This document shows positions 50,182 to 59,129 of a DNA stretch of 64,000 nt, piece by piece. Position numbers and translations under genes: made by a program. Location of the stretch: assembly GCA_021108075.1 (NCBI GenBank), contig JAIORP010000168.1:2649-66648 (forward strand), read 5' to 3'. Positions within the stretch are counted from its first letter, which is position 1, and every line of letters starts with the position of its first letter. The stretch comes from Candidatus Omnitrophota bacterium. Its GTDB lineage: Bacteria; Omnitrophota; Gorgyraeia; Zapsychrales; Zapsychraceae. The notes below the pieces were generated by a model. That model had not been told where the DNA came from and ran no database searches. It worked only from the letters and a program-made list of their open reading frames with translations.

Positions 50182-51633
50182 TCAACCCTGTTCTTTCTTG
50201 AGTTGTAAAAACAGATATCCCTGCAGCATCAAACTGATGGCCTGAATATAATTCTTCAAAAAACGCCCCTTCGACGGGTATTTCTTCAAACATTTTAAAA
50301 AGCGTCCCCCGTTCAAATAAAAACGCTGTTGGGCCATCAACATCAGATGGTTTAACCGGCCAGCTGACACGTCGCTGTGCGAGCCTTTTGACGAATAATA
50401 GCTGACATCCTTAAATTCAAAATCAATTTTCCTGTCATCACTCAGGTTTTGGCTCTTTGACTGATAAATCTTAAGGATATCATCATATGCCGTGAACTTA
50501 AAAAATGAAGCGGTATCCAATTCTGAATGAACCGCGAAATCAATTGTTTTCAGCATCTCCTCTTCTGTTTCCGATGGAAAACCCAGCATGAAATAACCGC
50601 CGGTTATGATTCCGGATTGTGATGTCTTAAAAATAATATCACGCGCGGCTGATAAATCTAAATTTTTATTAATCTCTTTCTGTAAACGCCCGACAGCCGT
50701 CTCAATACCGTAAACAAGCTTGTATGTGCCGGCCAGTTTCAACAATTGAATCAACTCTTCGTCCATTTTATCAACGCGCAATCCATGGGGAAAGGAAAGG
50801 CTAACATTTAAGTTCGCATCAATAATCCTCTGACATATTTCTTTCGCGCGTTGCATGTCAAAATTAAAAACCGCGTCAAAAACGTGAAATTCACGCACAG
50901 CATACTTTTCTTTAAGGTTGACCATCTCAGCTAAAACATCGTCTGGTTCCCGCGCGAAGAAACGGTTCGAGTAATTCTCCCGGCAATATGTGCATTGATA
51001 CGGACAGCCTCTGGAGGTCATAATCGGCAGGTAATACGCCCTTTTCAACATGCCGTTCCAATTCGCGTAATGAGAATAGCTTTTGGCATCGATGAGGTCC
51101 CAGGCCAACGGAGAAATTTTTGTTACGGAAAAACCCGCAGGACGAGGATCCATCGAATTCCAACAGACAGTCCCTTTGTCTCTGTAAACGAGTCCGGCGA
51201 TTCGCTCATATCCGGATTGCCTTTCAATCGCTTTAATCACCAGGGGGATAATTAAATCCAGCTCTCCCGTAATGGCATAGTTGATGTGCGGATCCATCAG
51301 TAAATAACGGCCGGCAATCATGGCCAACTGTCCGGATACGATGACAACCGCGTTTTTGTTGCGCGTCTTCATCGTCGCGGCCCATTCATGCACCAGGCCC
51401 GCTTCCCAGGCCAACGCGTGCAAACAGAGATAATCCGGATCGATATTGTCGAGGTGCTGTTCAACATCATCACCGGTCAACGAATCAATCCCCATATCGA
51501 TAATATGAACATTTAATGCCAGAGGATCATCCTCGTATAGCGCGGAAACAGCATAAAGGATATCGACCGGAGGCACAGGCCCCCCTAAACCAACAGGCTT
51601 AAATGGCCGAATGAAAAGAATTGTTTTAGACAT
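50182..51633 (-). CDS. B12-binding radical SAM enzyme
   Basis: N-terminal B12-binding-type domain (PPVDILY...GELD), TSRGCPYQCTYC, RVD, YGIET, GYFMLGFPSET. Confidence 0.9.
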   Translation of the reverse strand: MSKTILFIRPFKPVGLGGPVPPVDILYAVSALYEDDPLALNVHIIDMGIDSLTGDDVEQHLDNIDPDYLCLHALAWEAGLVHEWAATMKTRNKNAVVIVSGQLAMIAGRYLLMDPHINYAITGELDLIIPLVIKAIERQSGYERIAGLVYRDKGTVCWNSMDPRPAGFSVTKISPLAWDLIDAKSYSHYANWNGMLKRAYYLPIMTSRGCPYQCTYCRENYSNRFFAREPDDVLAEMVNLKEKYAVREFHVFDAVFNFDMQRAKEICQRIIDANLNVSLSFPHGLRVDKMDEELIQLLKLAGTYKLVYGIETAVGRLQKEINKNLDLSAARDIIFKTSQSGIITGGYFMLGFPSETEEEMLKTIDFAVHSELDTASFFKFTAYDDILKIYQSKSQNLSDDRKIDFEFKDVSYYSSKGSHSDVSAGRLNHLMLMAQQRFYLNGGRFLKCLKKYPSKGRFLKNYIQAISLMLQGYLFLQLKKEQG

Positions 51634-51641
51634 AACATCTT

Positions 51642-52916
51642 TTAGTTTTGAACACGAATCATATCATTCCGGACCACACGCTCATAAATCTTTTGGGCGA
51701 TCAAATTATGCCCCACAGCGTTGGGATGAATCGTATCACCATCCGGGTCCAGAAACAAATATTGCGCATTATTCATTTGATTAAATTTTTTAAACTCTTC
51801 AACAATATCAACAACGACAATCTTCCTGTCATCAGCTACCTTTTGCATTATATCATTATAAACCCGGGATAAAGAAGCACACTCATGCAGTTCCATCTCA
51901 ACACTTTTCTTATAGAAAGCGTGACTGCGGTCGGACTGCCGCAGGACCTCATGATATTGCCCCAGATAATAATATGTTTCACTCGAGTGGGGATGATAAG
52001 CCAATGCTTGATTCAGCATTTGAATCGCCTTTTGATAGTCTTCTTTCCCGGCAGCCTTCAGGGCGTGCTGAATGAATTGATCCGACTGAGATCGGTTCTT
52101 TTCAGAAACAGGATCAACGGACGGCAAATTAACAGGCATCTTAATAAAAACAATTTGGATCCCTTCCTGGTGGGCGATACGCACAAAATCCAGCAGGTTC
52201 TTTGCATACGATTGATCTGAGACCCTCCGGTTTGTCATATAATAACGTTGCCCGGTTTTTCCAAAATATTGCATGGCGGTCGATGAGGATCGAACCATCA
52301 AGCGTTTTAATAACGCGACAAAGTGACTGCGGCTCAGAATGTTATCAACGGCAATCAATAGGGGTGAAATGGGTTCCAATTCCATATCACTCTTTCCATT
52401 GCTTCGAAAGAAGCGATGCTTATCGACATCATTAATGACATAGGAAACCGTTATCAAGTCCGGCTTTAATGATAATATGGATTTCTTTAACAACTTCAAA
52501 CCTTGAAAGGAACTGTAACCAATGGACCCCGCGTTCATCACTTCCACGCGCTGAGCCTTTGTTTGACCGGATTGAAGCAGATCCTGCAAGCGATGGGCAT
52601 ATGTTTGTTCTTGACCGACGCCCCATCCGAATGTCGGTGACGCCCCCAGGCAAACAATACGGAAGACATCTTGCCCTTTGCCAGTCACCGGGCCGGACCG
52701 GAAGCCGAATTGATTTGTCTTGATCAACTTCCCGGAAAAGGATGTTGACAAATGAACGCGTTGCTTCCAGAACAAATCGAAATCTTGTTCTAAAACAGCC
52801 AGAATGTGTTCCATCGGTGTCTTATGACGCGTGAGAAGATATCCCAGCCCTTCAAAAAACAGTAAAATAAACAAAAAAAAGACAGCCGCAATGAATGGGC
52901 CTTTATATTTGTCCAT
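51642..52916 (-). CDS. Membrane-anchored SGNH/GDSL hydrolase-like protein with TPR insertion
   Basis: TM anchor, TNQFGFR, CLGASPTFG (block I Ser), GSIGYSS, IND, DTIHPN; TPR YYYLGQY. Start placed at MDKYK. Confidence 0.85.
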   Translation of the reverse strand: MDKYKGPFIAAVFFLFILLFFEGLGYLLTRHKTPMEHILAVLEQDFDLFWKQRVHLSTSFSGKLIKTNQFGFRSGPVTGKGQDVFRIVCLGASPTFGWGVGQEQTYAHRLQDLLQSGQTKAQRVEVMNAGSIGYSSFQGLKLLKKSILSLKPDLITVSYVINDVDKHRFFRSNGKSDMELEPISPLLIAVDNILSRSHFVALLKRLMVRSSSTAMQYFGKTGQRYYMTNRRVSDQSYAKNLLDFVRIAHQEGIQIVFIKMPVNLPSVDPVSEKNRSQSDQFIQHALKAAGKEDYQKAIQMLNQALAYHPHSSETYYYLGQYHEVLRQSDRSHAFYKKSVEMELHECASLSRVYNDIMQKVADDRKIVVVDIVEEFKKFNQMNNAQYLFLDPDGDTIHPNAVGHNLIAQKIYERVVRNDMIRVQN

Positions 52917-53012
52917 AAAGATGGAACCTCTCGCGTATCCCAAAATAATCAATCTATGAATGCAAGATCACACCTGATATTGTCGGAATTAGTCAGGATG
53001 AAATAAACCTCT

Positions 53013-53222
53013 TTAAAATAAAGCATAAATCGCCGGCAGTATCGACTGATTTCCTGTGAGGCTAATAAACAAACCTAAGAAGGCTAAAACGAAAAGAAAC
53101 GGCAATAACCACCATTTCTTATTTTCCTTTATCAAAATGTACAGTTCCATTAATAATTCTATATTTGATTCAAAACGTGATTTCTTAGGCTTACCCTTTT
53201 TTGTTCCACTATATTTGTTCAT
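53013..53222 (-). CDS. DUF5989-family small membrane protein
   Basis: ENKKWWLLP...hydrophobic helix...ILPAIYALF closely follows the family pattern (KKWWLLP...PFIYTLF). Confidence 0.8.
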   Translation of the reverse strand: MNKYSGTKKGKPKKSRFESNIELLMELYILIKENKKWWLLPFLFVLAFLGLFISLTGNQSILPAIYALF

Positions 53223-53448
53223 CTGATGCTCTTTTGTTCTCGTAAGACATGAAATGATTTTACCACTGATATATTTTAATCCTCAATGAGAATAAATAAA
53301 ATAAAAACTTTCTGTTCCTATCCCGCACGAGCCAAAAAAATGATGAGCACGCGCAAAGGCTGATTAACACCACACAAGTATAACATCCATCCCGTTTTAT
53401 ATCTTGAATAATACCAAATCCCCTCTCTGTTGGCACATTCGGACTGAA

Positions 53449-54765
53449 CTAGGCGACGTGCACCTTTTTTTCACCGAACAAATAATAACGGATTTTTTTC
53501 ACGAAACGGCCCCGGTTGTGCCGCAGGACCAGGCGCCGTAAAATAAAACGGAAAACGGAAAACTTAAAAATCAACCGCACATTAGCCCACATCTGCCACC
53601 TCTTATGCTTAAGAACCTCTTCATCCGATGGCAAAGCCTTGCCGGAAGACTGTGACATCAACGGCTTAAAAATATTATAATGAATAAAGTCAAAATCAAA
53701 CCGGCGCGATTGACGGATGTCGGCCTTCACCTCGGACAGTGTCTGCCCCGGCAAACCAAATATCAGGCTGCAACAAATTTCGACCCCGAGGTCTTTGCAC
53801 CGTTGCACGACATCAGCGACCGTCTGAGAAGATTGCCTGCGGCGGTTTCTTTGCGTGAGCGTATCATGAAACGATTCAACACCTAATGATATGCTGTAAC
53901 AACCGGCAGACGCCATCGCATCGATCACATTCAGGTCTGTCATTTCACTTAGAGGGATCACGCCCGCGCATTGCCACTCAATAGTGTCCGGACGCTCCCC
54001 GATAAGGGCACACAGGCCTTTGATTCTTTTAATATCATGACCGATAAAGTTCTTATCCTCAACGTGAAACTCCCTGATGCCATATTTGTCAACCAGATGC
54101 GCCATTTCATCAACAATGTTTTGTGGTGACCGGACACGATAAGGCTGGCCGATAACAGATTCAGCGCAGTAGGAACATTTGTGCACACAACCACGGCTGG
54201 TTACTATCTGAGCGTAAATCTTTTGACGCGTGAGCATACCATTTGCATACTGCCCGACAGAAAAAGAGTCCCGGTCCGGAAACGGTAAATCATCAAGGTT
54301 ATTGATCAACGCGAGCTCCCCCGCACGCGTGCGCGTTGTTTGCCGGTTCAATACGCCTTTAATGTTATAATCACGATTTTGTGTGAGGGCCTGACATACC
54401 TCAGAAAAAGCGTACTCCGCGTCCCCTCGGATGGTCGCCTCGATCCCGGGGATCAAAGCGAACAAGTCCTTGCCGGCCAATGTTGCATACTCCCCCAGAG
54501 CGACGACACGGACAGGCTGAAGGCTTTGAATGTTCCGGCACAGGTCTGCCGTGTACGGGTTCATATCAGACGCGACATCTATCCCGACAAGATCAATGCG
54601 TTCCTCTCTCATAATGGATAAAACCATATCGGCCGGATCAAAAAACAAATCAACACCCCGGACACGCCAACCCTTTTTCTTCTGTATCGCGGCGATGGTT
54701 CCCAATGTAAACGGAAAAATTGGTTCCATGTTATGTTTAGGAATATTGATCAATAATAGATTCAT
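53449..54765 (-). CDS. B12-binding radical SAM enzyme
   Basis: FPFTLGTIAA, RGDAE, LDDLPFPDR, TSRGCVHKCSYC, LGVES, IFGLPGQT. Confidence 0.9.
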   Translation of the reverse strand: MNLLLINIPKHNMEPIFPFTLGTIAAIQKKKGWRVRGVDLFFDPADMVLSIMREERIDLVGIDVASDMNPYTADLCRNIQSLQPVRVVALGEYATLAGKDLFALIPGIEATIRGDAEYAFSEVCQALTQNRDYNIKGVLNRQTTRTRAGELALINNLDDLPFPDRDSFSVGQYANGMLTRQKIYAQIVTSRGCVHKCSYCAESVIGQPYRVRSPQNIVDEMAHLVDKYGIREFHVEDKNFIGHDIKRIKGLCALIGERPDTIEWQCAGVIPLSEMTDLNVIDAMASAGCYSISLGVESFHDTLTQRNRRRQSSQTVADVVQRCKDLGVEICCSLIFGLPGQTLSEVKADIRQSRRFDFDFIHYNIFKPLMSQSSGKALPSDEEVLKHKRWQMWANVRLIFKFSVFRFILRRLVLRHNRGRFVKKIRYYLFGEKKVHVA

Positions 54766-54792
54766 AGCGAAACAATTTATCTTTGCAGAGAG

Positions 54793-56229
54793 TCAGGACC
54801 TTTTCTTATGGAGTATTTTTTTGAAACTTGTTAATTCAAAAAACACATCCCTATTCAACAAGTAAAACAAACCATACTTGAGCAGATGATGGATAAAATA
54901 GGACAGCCGCAGATAAAAAGAGCGGTAAAACAGAACGTACATCTGTTTCGTCGTCTCCATATCCATTTGACTGAAATTGACCGGATGATCTTGATAATGA
55001 TAGGTCTCGCGTATCTTTTCCTTGAGCCGGCTATCGTCAATTTGGGCGTAATAACTGGATCCCGGATAAGCGGTAAAATAACACAACTGCAGCAAGTCCG
55101 GCCGCAGATCCCGCGACAGTTGGATATTATTCAGGACATCCTGCGCTGTCTCTCTCGGACAACCAACCTGAAACATAGCCAACGTGTCTATTTTTAAGGC
55201 CCGGGCCGATTGAAAGACTTCCAGCGCTTGCTGGACCCATATGTCCGGTCGTTTAGATTTTTTGATATGATTTAAAACCTCGACGGAGGAAGATTCTATT
55301 CCAAAACGCAATTGAATACACCCGGCCTTGCGCATAAGCTTTAAAAGATCAACAGATAGTTCGTCCACTCTTGCATGGGACGTCCATTCGATACGAATAC
55401 CCGCGCCCAAAAGAGCGTTGCAAAATGCCCGCACGTGATTGGCTAAACATGTAAAATCATCGTCCGCGATATACAGCATATTCACACCTAAAGCCTGCAA
55501 AGCCTTAATTTCTTCGATGATCAATCCCGGATTACGGCAACGGACCTGAGCCCCAAAGCTCTCGCGGGTCACCTGCGAACAAAATACGCAGGCATGTGGG
55601 CAACCCCGTGTTGTCAAGATATGCCCCCAGACAAGTTTATGATAAAAAGTTAATGGATAAAAAATCTTGTACTTCAACAGTTCCTCACGGGAATAACCTG
55701 GCGCGGGCAAAAGGTCCAGATCCGTGACCCGGGCGATGGATTGATCGGCAAAGGCCATGCTGCACAGACCGGGAACCCCGAGGGGTGTCTGCCCCTGTTC
55801 TAAGGCATCCAGAAGTTCCAGGAAGGACAACTCCGGCTCCCCTCTAATGACACAATCAACAGGAGAGTCGGCATGGATATACCGCCAAGGCTCGGCAGAA
55901 GGATCTTGACCGATGGCAACGATATATGGATTTAATTTCATTTTCATCTCACGCGCGAATGATAAAACCAAGTCCTGTTCGGTGGTCATGGCACTCATAA
56001 GAATAATATCCGGTTTCCATTTGAGCACACCGGATATCAGTGTTTCAAACGGCAAGGGAGAAATCCATGAATCAAAAAAATAAGTTTCATAGAAAATTTT
56101 GGTTTTAAGGAGGGCCTCGATATATTTGAGATAAAAAGGCACACGGATATCTCGCGTGTGGCCGGCTTCTTTAACAACAGTCGCCATCGGCCGCCATAAA
56201 AATATCCTTATTTTCTTTCTATTTTTCAT
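54793..56229 (-). CDS. B12-binding radical SAM enzyme
   Basis: RGEPE, DLDLLPAP, TTRGCPHACVFC, DDDF, ARVD, FGIESS, GCPRET, AYPGS. Confidence 0.9.
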   Translation of the reverse strand: MKNRKKIRIFLWRPMATVVKEAGHTRDIRVPFYLKYIEALLKTKIFYETYFFDSWISPLPFETLISGVLKWKPDIILMSAMTTEQDLVLSFAREMKMKLNPYIVAIGQDPSAEPWRYIHADSPVDCVIRGEPELSFLELLDALEQGQTPLGVPGLCSMAFADQSIARVTDLDLLPAPGYSREELLKYKIFYPLTFYHKLVWGHILTTRGCPHACVFCSQVTRESFGAQVRCRNPGLIIEEIKALQALGVNMLYIADDDFTCLANHVRAFCNALLGAGIRIEWTSHARVDELSVDLLKLMRKAGCIQLRFGIESSSVEVLNHIKKSKRPDIWVQQALEVFQSARALKIDTLAMFQVGCPRETAQDVLNNIQLSRDLRPDLLQLCYFTAYPGSSYYAQIDDSRLKEKIRETYHYQDHPVNFSQMDMETTKQMYVLFYRSFYLRLSYFIHHLLKYGLFYLLNRDVFFELTSFKKILHKKRS

Positions 56230-56279
56230 AAATATTTCTTCCGACGATCGTCCATCATCCCGCTAAAAAACAGCACCTG

Positions 56280-57662
56280 TCACACCGAATGGTTCAAAAG
56301 CACTTCCAAGCCGGCTTTCAACATCATCTTTCTGCGATAATGGCTCTTCGCTCCGAAAAATTCCCGGATAACAAATGTGGGGCGCAGATAAAATTTGCGA
56401 ATGGCCCTGTTGCGAAACTCCCATACCTGTCTGGCTGACAATTGAGAAGATTCCCAAACCGGTTGCCCGATTGAATGATCAACTTCGATCTTCGGGTCGA
56501 AAATTTTGTTATTTTTTTCCAAGGCATCACGAAAAGATGTATCCCAAGCGGGGTTTGCGATATTAAAAGAAACATAATTCGGGTCGAGCTCAATGCAAAA
56601 ATCGATAAGCCGTTGAAGAGAAAGCTCATCCTCTCCTTGCATCCCTACGATAACATGCGCGAGCGTCCTGATGCCCAACTGTTTAGCCAGGTGAAACGCT
56701 TCTTTTGTCCTTTGCAGTGATATATTTTTGTTGTGCTTCCTTAAAATGTTTTCGCTTGCTGACTCAACACCAAACATGATGGTATGGCAACCGGATTTTT
56801 TCATCGCCTTAAGCAACGTTTCATCAGCCTTATCCGTGCGCATCTCACAACTCCAGGAAAACGGATGGCTCACTTCTTCAAATAAACGGCAAACAGCATA
56901 CGCCTGCTCACGATGTGAACCAAAACATTGATCTCGAAAAAACAATTCCCTTATACCCATCGATTTGATCGACCGCAACTCCTGCTCAATGCTTTCAATG
57001 GTCCGCAATTTAAAAGGAATTCTTTCGTAAGGACAATAGGAACAGGCGTGCATGCATCCAAACGTCGTTAGGATCGTCGTGAACGGATGACACTGAATGT
57101 GGGGCAGATGATAGCGCTTTATGGGAAAAAGATCATGACGGGGTGGCGGGTAGGAACACGCTTCGTTGACCGCAACGATTTCTTCATGCATTGATTCACG
57201 CGTCATGATATTGACAATGGAATCCGAATGAGGATTGAAAACATAACTGAGAATCCCACAATGAGAAAAATCCAAAACAATCGCATCAATACATGTATTT
57301 TCCGTTAATACCTGACGCGGATAAATTCTCGAATAATCCCCGGAAACAATGATCAACGCTGACGTCTTTTGGGACAATTTGCTCAAAAATCGCATATCGG
57401 AACGCCAATTCACAGCAGCGACCATGCAAATAATAATATCCGGACTGAAGGATTGGATTTCTTCAAGTGTTTTGTCCTCGCTAAGGGGCATCACCATCGC
57501 ATCGATGACCGACAGATCACAATCATCCTGGAGCATCCCGCTAAAGACCAGCAGGTCCTGAGGCAGCCAGAGATAATTCCCCTTGGCCAAATGGCTGCAA
57601 TAATAATCGCGAATGACCCCTTTTCTGGCAGGTGGATTCAGCAATAAAACTTTCTTTTTCAT
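56280..57662 (-). CDS. B12-binding-type radical SAM enzyme (HpnJ-like architecture)
   Basis: LLLNPP...IRDYYCS...YLWLPQDL N-terminus, TTFGCMHACSYC, FGVES. Start placed at MKKKVLL. Confidence 0.88.
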   Translation of the reverse strand: MKKKVLLLNPPARKGVIRDYYCSHLAKGNYLWLPQDLLVFSGMLQDDCDLSVIDAMVMPLSEDKTLEEIQSFSPDIIICMVAAVNWRSDMRFLSKLSQKTSALIIVSGDYSRIYPRQVLTENTCIDAIVLDFSHCGILSYVFNPHSDSIVNIMTRESMHEEIVAVNEACSYPPPRHDLFPIKRYHLPHIQCHPFTTILTTFGCMHACSYCPYERIPFKLRTIESIEQELRSIKSMGIRELFFRDQCFGSHREQAYAVCRLFEEVSHPFSWSCEMRTDKADETLLKAMKKSGCHTIMFGVESASENILRKHNKNISLQRTKEAFHLAKQLGIRTLAHVIVGMQGEDELSLQRLIDFCIELDPNYVSFNIANPAWDTSFRDALEKNNKIFDPKIEVDHSIGQPVWESSQLSARQVWEFRNRAIRKFYLRPTFVIREFFGAKSHYRRKMMLKAGLEVLLNHSV

Positions 57663-57735
57663 AAGCAATACCTTTACCTGTACCGATATATAACGCCTGT
57701 GAATCATCGGCTCCATCATCCACGACGCTTCCACT

Positions 57736-58926
57736 TCAGAGCAAATCTTTCAAAGCAAATCCCTGGGCTTTTTGACGAAAAGATTTTTTGGCATAATGCG
57801 CGCATTTCAACTTGATCGCGCCATGCGGGCAACTTTCATAACATCCAAAACATGATAAGCACTTCTTTATATAAATGGGTGTTTTCCCGCTTGTGATCGC
57901 ACCGGTCGGACAAATATCCGCACATTTGCGGCAGTCCCGGCATAAATCCTTTATAGCATAAGGCCGTATTAACGACGACCTTAACTTAAAAAAAATATAA
58001 TCCTTTACGATGCCAACAACGTTCCGGGAAGATAATGTCGGCAACTGAAAAGATCGACGGCCGATTTGCCCGGTGTCACCGGCCACGGAAATTTTATCCA
58101 AGTCACAGGGACCCAAACCAACATCCCGGGCGATACGCGTGATGAGAACATCTTCCGGGGCAATCCCGATCAAATCACTGCAGACAGCGTCTAAGGCCAC
58201 CAGGTTATCACTACCGGCGATAAAATGACTACGGACAACCGATCCGGAACTCGGCCCCTGACCTTCCATCGCCCAAATGGCATCCATCAAGGCAAAATCA
58301 AATGCAACAAAAACGTTTAAATCCACAATCGCCCGCGCGAGCGCATCTAATCCAGGGGCCAATAAATGCATGCGGGCTTTCAGGCATCCGGGGATCACGC
58401 CCATTTGATTTTTTAAGGCGCCGGTGTAAAGCGACAAACTGTGCGTTTTAAGTTTGGGCAATGAAATCCGATAGTCAACTTCCTGAAGAAGTTTCGGTAA
58501 ATACATTTCTTTTAAACGATGGCCGTTTATGTGTTGCTTCTTTAGCGCGCAGGCGTCAAAATTAACCCACTCCACAGCTTCTTCCCGCGCCACTTTAATG
58601 ATTCCGGCAATGTCTAAGGCTTCACGGGTGAAACCATATATGACAGATGATTCTCCGATGATCGGCCGTCCCCGCAATTTTTTTATGGCCCGCACAACTC
58701 CCCGGACAAACTCAGGATGGGTGTGACTGGCTTCGCCGGGATCTTTTGGAATGGCGATGCTCGGTTTCAATAAAACTCTTTTGTTCTTGAACGCATGTTC
58801 CAGGCCAAAAACATCAAAAATGTCCAAAACCTTTTGTTCAACATGATGATAATCATCGCAAAATTTTAAGACGACTTTTTCATTTTTCTCTGTTTTTTTG
58901 GAGTTCATATAATTTTTTGCGTTCAT
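57736..58926 (-). CDS. DUF362 domain Fe-S protein with C-terminal 2x[4Fe-4S] ferredoxin domain
   Basis: VLLKP, THPEFV, LPKLKTH...TGALKN.MG, MEGQGP, D.VALDA; CRDCRKCADICP and CLSCFGCYESCP. Confidence 0.9.
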   Translation of the reverse strand: MNAKNYMNSKKTEKNEKVVLKFCDDYHHVEQKVLDIFDVFGLEHAFKNKRVLLKPSIAIPKDPGEASHTHPEFVRGVVRAIKKLRGRPIIGESSVIYGFTREALDIAGIIKVAREEAVEWVNFDACALKKQHINGHRLKEMYLPKLLQEVDYRISLPKLKTHSLSLYTGALKNQMGVIPGCLKARMHLLAPGLDALARAIVDLNVFVAFDFALMDAIWAMEGQGPSSGSVVRSHFIAGSDNLVALDAVCSDLIGIAPEDVLITRIARDVGLGPCDLDKISVAGDTGQIGRRSFQLPTLSSRNVVGIVKDYIFFKLRSSLIRPYAIKDLCRDCRKCADICPTGAITSGKTPIYIKKCLSCFGCYESCPHGAIKLKCAHYAKKSFRQKAQGFALKDLL

Positions 58927-59129
58927 CCCTGATCTTTTCCATTTGATGAGCCTGCAGATTCCAGGAACACCTCATTCATCCGCCCCGAACGATATAAAAT
59001 CCTGTATATTTTTTTCGCATTATATCAGGCATTAAATCTTTTCAAATCGTTTTTTAATATTTACGCTATCAAGACGTTATGTATATATTTAACTGTTGAT
59101 AAATAGGAATACTTATATATTATAGTGAA

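Noticed and set aside
53408-53421. ATAAT-ACCAAATCC as another MITE A copy
   Set aside because: Only 9 bp of the terminus match, which is too short to distinguish from chance.
44787-57662. Calling the locus a ranthipeptide/sactipeptide cluster
   Set aside because: The radical SAMs are B12-binding type with no visible SPASM/Twitch Cys motifs. The precursors have Sec-type leaders, and no peptidase-ABC exporter is present. A RiPP link is kept only as a hypothesis.
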